Positions 19,846-29,911 of a stretch of 40,000 bases of DNA are shown piece after piece. Source of the stretch: an uncultured Buttiauxella sp. (lineage in GTDB: Bacteria; Pseudomonadota; Gammaproteobacteria; Enterobacterales; Enterobacteriaceae); assembly GCA_946480445.1 (NCBI GenBank), contig CAMLJN010000001.1, positions 113,352 through 153,351 on the forward strand, read 5' to 3'. How positions within the stretch are numbered: position 1 is the first letter of the stretch; every line of letters begins with the position of its first letter. The position numbers were made by a program, and so were the translations under genes. The notes beneath the pieces are model-generated. The model was not told the origin of the DNA. It did not search any database and saw only the letters and a list, made by a program, of their open reading frames with translations.

Positions 19846-21077
19846 AGCAGACGCGCGCGGATAGTCCCCGGTACCCCTTTCATGGATTTCAGCGCCGCCT
19901 CTGCGACATCTTCTTCCGCATCAATATCAATCACCACGTAGCCCATCTGCGGCGTGGTTTGCAGGAACTGTGCGGCAATGTTGATGCCCTGGTCGGCAAA
20001 GATCTGGTTGAGCGCGGTCAGAATACCCGGGCGGTTTTCGTGAATGTGCAGCAGACGACTTGTGGTTCCGCCGTGCAGCGGCAGGGAAACTTCCGGGAAG
20101 TTCACCGCAGATAGCGTTGAGCCATTATCGGAGTATTTCGCCAGCTTGCCCGCCACTTCCAGACCGATATTTTCCTGCGCTTCCTGAGTGGAGCCGCCGA
20201 TATGTGGCGTCAGAATGACGTTATCAAATTCGCAAAGCGGTGAAGTGAAAGGATCGCTGTTGGTAGCAGGCTCCGTCGGGAAGACGTCGATTGCCGCCCC
20301 CGCCAGGTGTTTACGGGCCAGCGCATCACACAGGGCTGGAATATCCACCACGGTGCCGCGAGCGTCGTTAATCAGCAGTGAACCCGGCTTCATCAGCGCC
20401 AGTTCGTTGGCACCAATCATGTTTTTCGTGGAGGCGTTTTCAGGTACGTGCAGGCTGACCACGTCGCTCATATTCAGCAGGTCGGAAAGATGCTGCACCT
20501 GGGTTGCATTACCCAGCGGCAGTTTATTTTCGATATCGTAGAAGAAAACGTGCATGCCGAGCGCTTCAGCCAGGATGCCCAGCTGGGTGCCGATATGACC
20601 GTAACCTATGATACCCAGCTTTTTACCGCGAGCTTCAAAGGAGCCGACGGCCAGTTTATTCCATACGCCACGGTGCGCCTTTGCGTTCGCTTCCGGAACG
20701 CCACGCAGCAGCAGCAGCAGCTGGCCAATAACCAGCTCGGCTACGGAGCGCGTATTGGAGAAGGGAGCGTTAAAAACAGGCACACCGCGTTTGGCCGCCG
20801 CGTCCAGATCGACCTGGTTGGTGCCAATACAGAAACAGCCGATCGCCACCAGTTTTTCTGCCGCCGCCAGGACATCTTCGGTTAAGTGGGTGCGGGATCG
20901 TAAGCCGATGAAATGGGCATCGCGGATAGCATCCTTTAAGGCATCGCTATCCAGCGCGCCTTTGTGATACTCGATGTTGGTATAACCTGCCGCGCGAAGA
21001 TTCTCGACCGCTTTCTGGTGCACGCCTTCCACCAGCAGGAATTTAATTTTGTCTTTCTCCAGTGATACTTTTGCCAT
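19839..21077 (-). CDS. serA: D-3-phosphoglycerate dehydrogenase
   Basis: 412 aa, MAKVSLEKDKIKFLLVEGVHQKAVENLRAAGYTNIEY... ending ...RARLLY. Confidence 0.97.
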   Translation of the reverse strand: MAKVSLEKDKIKFLLVEGVHQKAVENLRAAGYTNIEYHKGALDSDALKDAIRDAHFIGLRSRTHLTEDVLAAAEKLVAIGCFCIGTNQVDLDAAAKRGVPVFNAPFSNTRSVAELVIGQLLLLLRGVPEANAKAHRGVWNKLAVGSFEARGKKLGIIGYGHIGTQLGILAEALGMHVFFYDIENKLPLGNATQVQHLSDLLNMSDVVSLHVPENASTKNMIGANELALMKPGSLLINDARGTVVDIPALCDALARKHLAGAAIDVFPTEPATNSDPFTSPLCEFDNVILTPHIGGSTQEAQENIGLEVAGKLAKYSDNGSTLSAVNFPEVSLPLHGGTTSRLLHIHENRPGILTALNQIFADQGINIAAQFLQTTPQMGYVVIDIDAEEDVAEAALKSMKGVPGTIRARLLY

Positions 21078-21262
21078 TTCCCGACCCTGTTTATCTGTTC
21101 TGCGTATAAGTTACCCTTCTGTCAAAATATCAAAATTTACGCCTTCGGCAATATAAACGATTGCGTTGCGGCGTAGCCGAAAAGGGCTAAAAAGGTTGGT
21201 GTTAGCACAAAATGCTGGACGGAAGAGAGAACCAGGAATGAATCACAGGCGCTTTACGAGAA

Positions 21263-21278
21263 TGTGACATATGTCACC
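21263..21278. promoter_or_regulatory. CRP-like site TGTGACATATGTCACC upstream of serA
   Basis: Matches TGTGA-N6-TCACA at 9 of 10 core positions and contains the perfect palindrome GTGACATATGTCAC. E. coli serA is reported to have a CRP-dependent promoter. Confidence 0.45.
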
Positions 21279-21348
21279 AAAATTACCGTTAAAATAATTT
21301 GTCATTTTTTATACGGATTTTTGGGGCGCAGAAAGCGCCCCGCTCAGA

Positions 21349-22008
21349 TCATTTTACGATGGTTTTCACGCCGTCAGCCGTACCGATAAGCGCGACATCT
21401 GCGCCACGGTTGGCAAACAGCCCTACGGTAACCACGCCAGGCAGGCCGTTAATCGCGTTTTCCAGCGCGACAGGATCGATAATGCTCAGGCCATAAACAT
21501 CAAGAATGATGTTACCGTTATCGGTCACGACGCCCTGACGGTATTCCGGGCGGCCACCCAGCTTCACCAGTTCGCGCGCCACGCAGCTACGCGCCATCGG
21601 GATCACTTCAACCGGCAGCGGGAAGTTGCCCAGAATATCCACCTGCTTTGACGCATCCGCAATACAGATAAACTTATCGGCCACTGAAGCAATGATCTTT
21701 TCACGGGTAAGCGCCGCGCCGCCGCCTTTGATCATCTGCATCTGCCCGTTGATCTCATCCGCGCCGTCGACATAGATCCCGAGGGAATCAACTTCGTTAA
21801 GATCGTAGACGGTGATACCGAGGCTTTTCAGTTTGGCGGTGGAAGCGTCAGAGCTGGAGACTGCGCCATCAATCTGGTGTTTGATGGTGCCCAGAGCATC
21901 AATAAAGTGCGCTGCGGTCGATCCTGTACCCACGCCAACGATAGTGCCCGGCTGCACGTACTGGAGTGCTGCCCATCCGACTGCTTTTTTCAGTTCATCC
22001 TGCGTCAT
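21349..22008 (-). CDS. rpiA: ribose-5-phosphate isomerase A
   Basis: ATG at 22008 gives [37 protein letters not shown]..., 219 aa. Confidence 0.97.
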   Translation of the reverse strand: MTQDELKKAVGWAALQYVQPGTIVGVGTGSTAAHFIDALGTIKHQIDGAVSSSDASTAKLKSLGITVYDLNEVDSLGIYVDGADEINGQMQMIKGGGAALTREKIIASVADKFICIADASKQVDILGNFPLPVEVIPMARSCVARELVKLGGRPEYRQGVVTDNGNIILDVYGLSIIDPVALENAINGLPGVVTVGLFANRGADVALIGTADGVKTIVK

Positions 22009-22174
22009 GGTTAGTTGCCTGTGCTGTGAAAACTGACGCGCATTATAAAGCATGCCCGACAGGATTGTCCCCGCGAATGGCTGAACTCATCCGATCTTTG
22101 TGGATTTGGTCTGGATTGGCGGCAAATTTATGTCATAGTGCTTGCACAATAAAAACAGGAGTCAGCAAACGACA

Positions 22175-23074
22175 ATGAAACGCCCGGACTACAGAACACT
22201 ACAGGCGCTGGATGCGGTTATTCGTGAACGAGGATTTGAGCGCGCGGCGCAAAAGCTCTGCATCACTCAATCCGCAGTGTCACAGCGCATTAAGCAACTG
22301 GAAAACATGTTCGGCCAGCCATTGTTAGTTCGCACTGTCCCCCCTCGTCCAACGGAGCAGGGGCAGAAACTGCTGGCTCTGCTTCGCCAGGTGGAGCTGC
22401 TGGAAGAGGAGTGGCTGGGTGATGAACAAATCGGCTCCACGCCGCTGCTGCTGTCGCTGGCGGTGAACGCCGACAGTCTGGCCACTTGGCTGCTGCCTGC
22501 GCTGGCCCCGGTGCTGGCCGACTCCCCTATTCGCCTGAATCTTCAGGTTGAAGACGAAACCCGGACGCAGGAACGCCTGCGTCGTGGCGAAGTGGTGGGA
22601 GCGGTATCTATTCAACCACAGCCGCTGCCCAGCTGCCTCGTCGATCGTTTAGGCGCGCTGGACTATCTTTTTGTGGGATCAAAAGAGTTTGCCGCCCGCT
22701 ATTTTCCGAATGGCGTGACGCGCTCCGCACTGCTGAAAGCCCCCGCCGTGGCCTTCGACCACCTGGACGATATGCATCAGGCTTTTTTGCAGCAGAACTT
22801 TGATTTATCTCCCGGCAGCGTGCCCTGCCATATCGTTAACTCTTCGGAAGCCTTTGTGCAGCTGGCTCGTCAGGGAACAACGTGCTGTATGATCCCGCAC
22901 CTGCAAATCGAAAGAGAGCTCAATAGCGGCGAGCTTATCGACCTGACGCCGGGTCTGATGCAAAGACGTATGCTCTACTGGCACCGGTTTGCGCCGGAAA
23001 GCCGCATGATGCGCAACGTCACGGACGCGCTGCTGGAATATGGACACCGAGTGTTACGCCAGGACGCCGAATAG
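22175..23074 (+). CDS. argP: LysR-type regulator ArgP (IciA)
   Basis: ATG at 22175 gives [43 protein letters not shown]..., 299 aa. Confidence 0.95.
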   Translation: MKRPDYRTLQALDAVIRERGFERAAQKLCITQSAVSQRIKQLENMFGQPLLVRTVPPRPTEQGQKLLALLRQVELLEEEWLGDEQIGSTPLLLSLAVNADSLATWLLPALAPVLADSPIRLNLQVEDETRTQERLRRGEVVGAVSIQPQPLPSCLVDRLGALDYLFVGSKEFAARYFPNGVTRSALLKAPAVAFDHLDDMHQAFLQQNFDLSPGSVPCHIVNSSEAFVQLARQGTTCCMIPHLQIERELNSGELIDLTPGLMQRRMLYWHRFAPESRMMRNVTDALLEYGHRVLRQDAE

Positions 23075-23075
23075 C

Positions 23076-23106
23076 AAAAAGCCCGCTTTCTAAGCGGGCT
23101 TTTATT
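23076..23106 (+). terminator. intrinsic terminator after argP (AGCCCGCTT-TCT-AAGCGGGCT followed by TTTATT)
   Basis: 9-bp stem starting 6 nt after the argP stop, flanked by an A-run upstream and a T-run downstream. Confidence 0.7.
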
Positions 23107-23109
23107 GCT

Positions 23110-23199
23110 AACAAAGAAGGAAAAAGCGTGGTTTTTCCTTCTTTGACGTTAGCTGCCGAAAATCAACAAATTGATTTTCCTTATTTTTTTATTGGGCGA
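23110..23199 (+). repeat. structured intergenic repeat, copy 1: palindrome CAAAGAAGGAAAAA-GCGTGG-TTTTTCCTTCTTTG (23112-23145) and hairpin GAAAATCAA-CAAA-TTGATTTTC (23158-23179)
   Basis: Aligns by eye at roughly 85 percent identity with the reverse complement of 37493-37582. Confidence 0.65.
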
Positions 23200-23242
23200 T
23201 CTCTGCTTGTCCTGCATGAAGACAGGGCTCGCCATCAGTCTG

Positions 23243-23265
23243 AGCCCGCTTAAAAGCGGGCTTTT
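23243..23265 (+). terminator. second copy of the AGCCCGCTT..AAGCGGGCTTTT terminator-like hairpin
   Basis: AGCCCGCTTAAAAGCGGGCTTTT. The arms are the same as in the 23080-23103 hairpin. It lies 29 nt from the yggE stop. Confidence 0.5.
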
Positions 23266-23293
23266 CCAGTTGAAAACGCCTTATCCCAACTGC

Positions 23294-24025
23294 TTATTGT
23301 GCAGGCTGGCTCTGAGCGCGTTCCAGCTCAAACACCACATCAACCTGGTCGTCGAACTGAATGGTCTGCTGATCGTAGGTATCCTGGGCTGAAACCGGCG
23401 CCGCTGCATCCGCTTTCATCATCCGTACCATCGGGGCTGGCTGGTAGTTAGAAACGTGATAACGCACGCTGTATACCGGGCCCAGCTTGCTGTTAAAGCC
23501 TTCGGCCAACAGTTTTGCCTGACGCATAGCATCGTTGATCGCTTCTTTACGCGCTTTATCTTTGTACTCATCAGGATGAGCAACGCCCAGCGAGACTGAG
23601 CGGATTTCATTCAGACCGGATTTTAACGCCCCATCAAGCAGCTCGTTCATCTTGTCGAGTTTGCGCAGGGTCACTTCAACCTGGCGCACGGCACGATAGC
23701 CTTTCAGCTGCGTTTTGCCGTCTTTCAGGTATTCATACTCTGGCTGAGTACGCAGGTTTGCCGCATTGATGTCTTTCTTCTCAACGCCACTTTGCTGCAG
23801 GAAAGTCAGGTATTGCGCCACGCGATCGTCGGCCTGTTTCTTGGCGGACGCCGCGTCTTTTGCCGAGACGTTAACTTCAATTGCGAGCGTGGCAATATCA
23901 GGAACGGCATCCACGCTGGCTGCGCCGGACGTGACGACGTGTGGGCCGTTTGGCAGCTCGCCTGCCAACGCCGGAACCGAAACAAATCCTACTAAAGCGG
24001 CTAATGCCAGGGTTTTAAACTTCAC
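23294..24025 (-). CDS. yggE: periplasmic SIMPL/DUF541-family protein YggE
   Basis: 243 aa with signal peptide MKFKTLALAALVGFVSVPALA. Position next to argO as in E. coli. Confidence 0.88.
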   Translation of the reverse strand: MKFKTLALAALVGFVSVPALAGELPNGPHVVTSGAASVDAVPDIATLAIEVNVSAKDAASAKKQADDRVAQYLTFLQQSGVEKKDINAANLRTQPEYEYLKDGKTQLKGYRAVRQVEVTLRKLDKMNELLDGALKSGLNEIRSVSLGVAHPDEYKDKARKEAINDAMRQAKLLAEGFNSKLGPVYSVRYHVSNYQPAPMVRMMKADAAAPVSAQDTYDQQTIQFDDQVDVVFELERAQSQPAQ

Positions 24026-24134
24026 TGTAATACCTCCATGCTACGTTCCACTGTCATTACACCCGGGAAAAAACACGGATGTCTGGCAGCAAGCTTAGCC
24101 TGGAATGGTAACTTGTCTATCAGAATAAGGCGAA

Positions 24135-24769
24135 TTAACTCAGCAGCGTATGCAGATGCTGCACGCCATCCCAGGCCAGCTGAAGGGCGATAAACCACAT
24201 CACCAGCCCCACTACGCCATTGATGATTCGCTGAGCCTTCGCGGTGCGAAGCCGCGGAGCAAGCCATGCGGCCAGAATAGCCAGGCCAAAAAACCAGATA
24301 ACAGAAGCGCTGACCGTGCCCAATGCAAACCAGCGTTTTGGCTCCTCGGCAAGCTGGCCACCAAGACTACCCAGCACCACAAAGGTGTCGAGATAAACAT
24401 GAGGATTCAGCCAGGTCACCGCCAGCATAGTCGCCACAATCCGCCAGCGCCCCTGTTTGAGTACCTCTGCCGAGGCCAGCTCAATGCTGTTGCTCATCGC
24501 CGTACGCAGCGCCCCCCAGCCGTACCACAGCAGAAAGGCGACGCCGCCCCAGGTCACTAACGCCAGCAGCCACGGCGACTGCATTAAATAGCGCTGCCGC
24601 CGAAAATTCCGCCACAGATTAATATCACATCGCTTAGCGCACACAGGGAGGCAATCATCAGGTGATACTGACGGCGAATGCCCTGATTGAGGACAAAAGC
24701 ATTTTGCGGACCAAGGGGAAGGATCAGCGCTGCACCCAATGCAACACCTTGAAAATAATAAGATAACAC
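24135..24769 (-). pseudogene. argO: arginine exporter ArgO (YggA), reading frame split by an apparent 1-nt deletion
   Basis: The N-terminal 61 aa (24584-24769, [25 protein letters not shown]...GIFGGSAI-stop) and the C-terminal part ([15 protein letters not shown]... to 24135) are in different frames. Together they are collinear with the 211-aa E. coli ArgO. 635 nt plus 1 equals 212 codons. Confidence 0.75.
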
Positions 24770-24873
24770 AATAGTTCCCTCTTCAATGTCAGGTCATTGA
24801 GGAGAGTGTAACGAGGAAGTTTTATTAGAGGAAATGGATAAATTTAATGCCTGATAAGGGATGCTAATAGCAA

Positions 24874-24905
24874 GAAGGCCAGCCTCAGCTGACCTTCCTG
24901 TTTTT
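24874..24905. terminator. hairpin GAAGGCCAGC-CTCA-GCTGACCTTC with a T5 run on the plus strand, abutting the mscS stop
   Basis: 10-bp stem with one mismatch. The T-run follows on the plus strand and an A-run precedes on the minus strand, so the orientation is ambiguous. Confidence 0.4.
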
Positions 24906-24906
24906 G

Positions 24907-25761
24907 TTATGCCGCGTCTTTTATACCTTTAAAATTAACATCCATCTGCGGGTAAGGAATGTTGATACCGTTGGCATCGAGCGCTTTCTTGATACGCTCC
25001 AGCACGTCCCAGTAAACGTTTTGCAGGTCACCGCTTTTACTCCAGGCACGCACCACGAAGTTAACGGAAGAAGGCCCCAGCTCATGCAGGCGTACCGTAA
25101 TTTCGCGATCTTTAAGGACAAGCTCGTGGCTGGTAACGATCTCGGTAAGGATCTGTTTCACCTGGTCGATATCAGCATCGTAAGCCACGCCAATAATAAA
25201 CTCGTTGCGACGAGCAGGCTCGCGGGAGAAGTTGATGATATTCCCGGCGATAATTTTACCGTTAGGCACCACCACGATTTTGCCATCTGCCGTGCGTAAA
25301 GTGGTGGAGAAGATCTGTACGTTTAACACGGTTCCCGCGATGCCGCCCAGGTCAACATATTCACCGGCGCGGAAAGGACGGAAGGTCACCAACAATACGC
25401 CAGCGGCGAGGTTAGAAAGCGACCCTTGCAGCGCAAGGCCAATCGCCAGACCGGCGGCACCAAGGACGGCAATCACCGACGCCGTTTGCACGCCTACCCG
25501 ACCCAGAGCGGCAATCAATGTAAAGGCAATAATCCCGTAGCGCACCAGCGCGGAGAGGAAATCAGCCACAGTTGCGTCAATCTGACGAGCCCGCATCACA
25601 CGATTAATACCGCCAGACACCATGCGGGCCACGATCATCCCGACAATCAGGATGGCAATCGCCGCCACAATGTTGACCGCATAGCTCAACAGTAAAGCCT
25701 GGTTGCGCACCAGCCAGCCCCCGGCATGATTAATACTGTCTACGACGTTTAGATCTTCCAT
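24907..25761 (-). CDS. mscS: small-conductance mechanosensitive channel
   Basis: 284 aa, [34 protein letters not shown]..., collinear with E. coli MscS. Confidence 0.95.
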   Translation of the reverse strand: MEDLNVVDSINHAGGWLVRNQALLLSYAVNIVAAIAILIVGMIVARMVSGGINRVMRARQIDATVADFLSALVRYGIIAFTLIAALGRVGVQTASVIAVLGAAGLAIGLALQGSLSNLAAGVLLVTFRPFRAGEYVDLGGIAGTVLNVQIFSTTLRTADGKIVVVPNGKIIAGNIINFSREPARRNEFIIGVAYDADIDQVKQILTEIVTSHELVLKDREITVRLHELGPSSVNFVVRAWSKSGDLQNVYWDVLERIKKALDANGINIPYPQMDVNFKGIKDAA

Positions 25762-25886
25762 TCAACTATCCTTCTGCTTACCCATGCGGGCAAAAATAAA
25801 CCGTTCCCAAGGAGAAGGGCATGATTGTAAAGGGTAAACAAAAATAGTCATCTGTGCCAGGAATTCACCAGCCTGTCTGCGCTCAT

Positions 25887-25914
25887 AAAAAAGGCCGCTA
25901 AACGGCAGCGGCCT
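25887..25914 (-). terminator. intrinsic terminator of the tdc operon (AGGCCGCT-N7-AGCGGCCT followed by TTTTTTAT on the minus strand)
   Basis: 8-bp GC-rich stem 18 nt after the tdcF stop. A6 run on the plus strand at 25887-25892. Confidence 0.7.
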
Positions 25915-25931
25915 CTGAGTGGGTCAGGAGG

Positions 25932-26327
25932 TTACCAGCAGTCCAGATGTGAGGCGATAGCCTCTATCTCAAGCTTCACGTCTTTGGGCAAGCGGGCGAC
26001 CTGCACACAGCTGCGGGCAGGATAGCTGGCTTCATGCTCATCGAAAAACTGCTTATAGGTCTGATTTATCGCCTCAAAATCTTTTAAATCGGTGACAAAC
26101 ACCGTCGTTTTGATGATGTTACCTACTTCCAGACCCGCAGCCTGAATGATGGCCTTCACGTTTTCCAGGCTTAAACGCGTTTGCTCGATCACCTTTTCAG
26201 GAATGACGCCCGTTTGCGGATCAACCGGTATTTGTCCTGATGTAAAGACCAGCTTGCCAAGATCGACACCCTGCACGTAAGGGCCAATAGCCCCCGGCGC
26301 CCTTTTCGTTTCGATAATATGACTCAT
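25932..26327 (-). CDS. tdcF: RidA-family enamine/imine deaminase TdcF
   Basis: ATG at 26327 gives MSHIIETKRAPGAIGPYVQGVDLGKLVFTSGQIPV...SCVQVARLPKDVKLEIEAIA, matching E. coli TdcF. Confidence 0.9.
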   Translation of the reverse strand: MSHIIETKRAPGAIGPYVQGVDLGKLVFTSGQIPVDPQTGVIPEKVIEQTRLSLENVKAIIQAAGLEVGNIIKTTVFVTDLKDFEAINQTYKQFFDEHEASYPARSCVQVARLPKDVKLEIEAIASHLDCW

Positions 26328-26340
26328 ATTGCCTCGCAAA

Positions 26341-28635
26341 TTAAATCGCCTGCGTGAAAGTACGGGAGATAACATCCTGCTGCTGCTCACGCGTTAACGC
26401 ATTGAAGCGAACCGCATAACCGGAGACGCGGATTGTCAGCGTCGGATACTTTTCCGGGTGCTCAATGGCATCCAGCAGCATCTCTTTGTTCATCACGTTG
26501 ACATTCAGATGCTGCCCGCCTTCGGTTTTCACATCGTGGTGGAAATAGCCGTCTAATAGCCCCACCAGATTGAGCTGGCGCACGGCATCCTCTCTCCCTA
26601 ATGCCGCAGGGACAATGGAGAAAGTGTAGGAAATACCGTCTTTTGCGTAGCTAAACGGCAGTTTTGCCACCGAGGTTAAAGAGGCCACCGCGCCTTTGCG
26701 ATCCCTGCCATGCATCGGGTTCGCACCCGGTGCAAAAGGTGTCCCGCCCCGACGGCCGTCCGGGGTGTTACCCGTTTTTTTGCCGTATACCACGTTCGAG
26801 GTGATCGTCAGGATCGACTGCGTAGGCACCGCATTGCGATAGGTTGGCAGCGCCTGGATCTTTTTCATAAAGCGCTCGACCAGATCGCAGGCAATCGCAT
26901 CGACGCGATCGTCGTTATTCCCGTACTGCGGATAATCACCCTCAATCACAAAATCTACGGCCAGCCCGGTATGATCGCGCACCGGTTTAACGGTGGCGTA
27001 TTTAATGGCGGAAAGTGAGTCAACGGCCACCGACAGCCCGGCAATCCCGCAGGCCATGGTGCGATAGACATCCCGGTCGTGCAGCGCCATCAGCGACGCC
27101 TCATAGCTGTATTTATCGTGCATATAGTGGATGAGGTTCAGCGCGGTGACATACTGCATCGCCAGCCAGTCCATAAAGTGGTCCAGGCTGTTCATGACCT
27201 TGTCGTAATCCAGCACTTCATCGAGCAGCATCGGCGTTTTTGGCCCGACCTGAATATTGAGCTTTTCATCCATCCCGCCGTTGATGCAATACAGCAGCGT
27301 TTTCGCGAGGTTTGCGCGGGCGCCAAAGAACTGCATTTGTTTGCCGATCACCATCGGGCTCACGCAGCAGGCTATTGCGTAGTCATCGCTGTTAAAGTCG
27401 CAGCGCATCAGATCGTCATTTTCATACTGCAACGACGAGGTTTCGATGGAAACTTTGGCCGCAAAGACTTTGAACGGCTTAGGCAAGGCTTCCGACCAGA
27501 GGATCGTTAAATTTGGCTCCGGTGCCGGCCCCATAGTGTAGAGCGTATTCAGGTAGCGGAAGGCGTTTTTGGTCACCAGCGTTCGCCCGTCCAGCCCCAT
27601 GCCGCCGATCACTTCCGTCGCCCAGATAGGATCGCCCGAGAAGAGCGAATCGAACTCCGGCGTACGCAGGAAGCGCACCATACGGATCTTCATGATGAAG
27701 TGATCGACCAGCTCCTGCGCCTGCTCTTCGGTCAGTAGCCCTGCCCGCAGATCGCGTTCAATGTAAATATCAATAAATGTCGTCGTGCGTCCCAGAGACA
27801 TCGCGCCGCCATTTTGCGATTTCACCGCGGCGAGATAGGCAAAATAGAGCCATTGCAGCGCTTCCTGGGCGTTACGCGCCGGGCGAGAAATATCAAAGCC
27901 GTAGCGGGCTGCCATTTCCTGAATTTGCAGCAGCGCCCTGCGATGCTCGGCAAGCTCCTCACGCAGTCGAATCACGGCATCCAGATTTTCTCCCCGCTCC
28001 AGCTGGCCTTGCAGGTCGGCAAACTGAAGTTCACGCTCGCGCACCAGATACGCAATACCGTACAGCGCCACGCGCCGGTAATCACCAATAATGCGTCCGC
28101 GGCCATAGCCATCAGGCAGACCGGTCAGCACGCCTGATTTACGGCAGCGCAGAATATCCGGAGAATAAACGTCGAAGACGCCCTGGTTGTGCGTCTTGCG
28201 CAGCGAAGTAAACTGATACTCAAACGCCGGATCCATCTCGCGACCATAAGCTTCAAACGAGCTTTTGATCATGTTGATACCGCCATAAGGGTGCAGAGCA
28301 CGCTTAAGCGGTTTATCCGTCTGCAGGCCGACAATCTTCTCGTGTGCTTTGATTATATAGCCCGGCGCGTGCGCGGTAATGGTGGTGGCAATATTCGTAT
28401 CGAAGTCCACCGGCGCATGGGTGGCGTTTTCAAGACGAATGCCCTCCATCACTTTTTCCCACAATGCGGTGGTCGCAGGCGTCGCGGTGGCTAAAAATGA
28501 CTCATCGCCGCAATAAGGCGTATAGTTATGCTGGATAAAATCCCGAACGTTAATGTCGTATTTCCATTCCTCACCGGAAAATTGCTGCCAGGCAAGAGAA
28601 TAATCTTCGTTGGTAATATCAATATCCACTTTCAT
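26341..28635 (-). CDS. tdcE: 2-ketobutyrate formate-lyase / pyruvate formate-lyase 4 (glycyl radical enzyme)
   Basis: ATG at 28635 gives a 764-aa product, the same length as E. coli TdcE. C-terminal glycyl-radical motif RVSGYAV and active-site CCVSP. Confidence 0.95.
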   Translation of the reverse strand: MKVDIDITNEDYSLAWQQFSGEEWKYDINVRDFIQHNYTPYCGDESFLATATPATTALWEKVMEGIRLENATHAPVDFDTNIATTITAHAPGYIIKAHEKIVGLQTDKPLKRALHPYGGINMIKSSFEAYGREMDPAFEYQFTSLRKTHNQGVFDVYSPDILRCRKSGVLTGLPDGYGRGRIIGDYRRVALYGIAYLVRERELQFADLQGQLERGENLDAVIRLREELAEHRRALLQIQEMAARYGFDISRPARNAQEALQWLYFAYLAAVKSQNGGAMSLGRTTTFIDIYIERDLRAGLLTEEQAQELVDHFIMKIRMVRFLRTPEFDSLFSGDPIWATEVIGGMGLDGRTLVTKNAFRYLNTLYTMGPAPEPNLTILWSEALPKPFKVFAAKVSIETSSLQYENDDLMRCDFNSDDYAIACCVSPMVIGKQMQFFGARANLAKTLLYCINGGMDEKLNIQVGPKTPMLLDEVLDYDKVMNSLDHFMDWLAMQYVTALNLIHYMHDKYSYEASLMALHDRDVYRTMACGIAGLSVAVDSLSAIKYATVKPVRDHTGLAVDFVIEGDYPQYGNNDDRVDAIACDLVERFMKKIQALPTYRNAVPTQSILTITSNVVYGKKTGNTPDGRRGGTPFAPGANPMHGRDRKGAVASLTSVAKLPFSYAKDGISYTFSIVPAALGREDAVRQLNLVGLLDGYFHHDVKTEGGQHLNVNVMNKEMLLDAIEHPEKYPTLTIRVSGYAVRFNALTREQQQDVISRTFTQAI

Positions 28636-28665
28636 TACTTCTGTCCTCTGAACCACATTAATATT

Positions 28666-29874
28666 TCAGGCATATTCCGCGAGGCGGCATTCTTTCCCGA
28701 TATGCAGGGCATCAAGCGCAATCATTTTCTCTTCATTGGTGGGAATAACTGCGCAAACGACCGAGGAGTGAGCATCAGAAATTATTCTTTCCCCTACCCG
28801 GTTGCTCTGACTATTTTTGTCCCGATCGAGATAAATGCCAAAAACCCGCAGACGTTCAACCACCAGACGTCTGATAAGCTGCGAATTTTCGCCAATACCA
28901 CCGGTAAAAATAACGCCATCCAGACGTAATAACGCCGCCGCGTGTCCCCCAATCGTCCGGGCGATTCGGTGGACAAACGTATTAATAGCAAGCTGCGCGC
29001 GAGGCTCACCTTGATGCCAGGCTTTTTCCAGCGTCCTTAAATCTGACGATATGCCTGAAATCCCCAGCAGGCCAGATTCTTTATTCGCCACCTGTTCGAG
29101 ATCATCGAGTGATTGCCCCGTTTGTCGGGCAAGCCACGCCATGGCGCCAAAATCCACGTCGCCGCAGCGGGTGCCCATGATCAGACCTTCAAGCGGCGTC
29201 ATCCCCATCGACGTATCGACGCTCTTGCCGTTTTGCACCGCGCAAACGGAAGCACCATTGCCTAAGTGAGCAATCACCAACCCTGAATGTTCCGCGCAAA
29301 GGCCAAGCAAATCATTGGCACGCTGCGCCACATAGCGATGCGACGTGCCGTGGAAGCCATAGCGACGCACGCCGTAGTCTTCGAAGTAGCGGTAGGGTAA
29401 ACCGTACAGATACGCCTCCGGTTTTAATGTCTGATGAAAGCTGGTATCAAACACGGCTACCTGAGGGACATGCGGAAAACGCGCGCGTGCGGATTCAACG
29501 CCGCTTAAATTGGCGTAGTTATGCAGCGGTGCCAGAGGCGATACCTGCCGGATCTGTTCGATGACCTGGTCGGTAATTAAAACTGACTCTTTAAATACCT
29601 CACCGCCATGTGCTATGCGGTGTCCAATAAAAGCCACGCTGGCCATTAAGTCTCTTTTCTCAAGCTCAATGGAAAGCGCATTCAGTGCATCTTCATAATT
29701 TGGCTGAGCCAGTTTAACTGGCTCACCCTCATTAATGGTTAAATATGCGACCTCAGTATTAATACCTTCACAAATACCCGCCAAAAGCACATCGCAGGTT
29801 TGGACATCCAGAACTGAGAACTTAACAGAAGAAGATCCACAGTTTATCGTTAATACTACAGGGTAGTCATTCAT
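28666..29874 (-). CDS. tdcD: propionate/acetate kinase
   Basis: 402 aa, [23 protein letters not shown]...[13 protein letters not shown]..., collinear with E. coli TdcD. Confidence 0.95.
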   Translation of the reverse strand: MNDYPVVLTINCGSSSVKFSVLDVQTCDVLLAGICEGINTEVAYLTINEGEPVKLAQPNYEDALNALSIELEKRDLMASVAFIGHRIAHGGEVFKESVLITDQVIEQIRQVSPLAPLHNYANLSGVESARARFPHVPQVAVFDTSFHQTLKPEAYLYGLPYRYFEDYGVRRYGFHGTSHRYVAQRANDLLGLCAEHSGLVIAHLGNGASVCAVQNGKSVDTSMGMTPLEGLIMGTRCGDVDFGAMAWLARQTGQSLDDLEQVANKESGLLGISGISSDLRTLEKAWHQGEPRAQLAINTFVHRIARTIGGHAAALLRLDGVIFTGGIGENSQLIRRLVVERLRVFGIYLDRDKNSQSNRVGERIISDAHSSVVCAVIPTNEEKMIALDALHIGKECRLAEYA

Positions 29875-29911
29875 ATCTAAATCTCATTCATCCTGAGCCA
29901 GCCCGGGAAAA

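Noticed and set aside
21323-21341. Hairpin GGGGCGC-AGAAA-GCGCCCC after rpiA as its intrinsic terminator
   Set aside because: The T-run lies on the wrong side: on the rpiA (minus) transcript the hairpin is followed by A5, not U. It may be a stabilising stem or Rho-related, so it is not called as a terminator.
23076-23265. CRISPR-like or tandem array interpretation of the clustered hairpins
   Set aside because: There are only two to four dissimilar palindromes, with no regular repeat-spacer periodicity and no cas genes in the window.
23171-23392. Possible small protein encoded in the repeat element. The 73-aa ORF here and the 100-aa ORF at 37240-37542 (minus strand) share a peptide-like string: (M/L)IFLI..GD(L/I)C
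   Set aside because: The shared residues are encoded by the conserved hairpin nucleotides. Neither ORF has an ATG with an SD. Both run through terminator hairpins, and one overlaps yggE. Similarity disappears outside the nucleotide-conserved core. Short ORFs on the opposite strand (28 aa and 23 aa) are unrelated to each other.
25762-25931. Searched the junctions of the tdc block (25762-25931 and 33660-33751) for direct repeats or att-like sites
   Set aside because: Only weak similarity was found (CTGTC...TGCGCT), compatible with chance. No integrase or tRNA is nearby.
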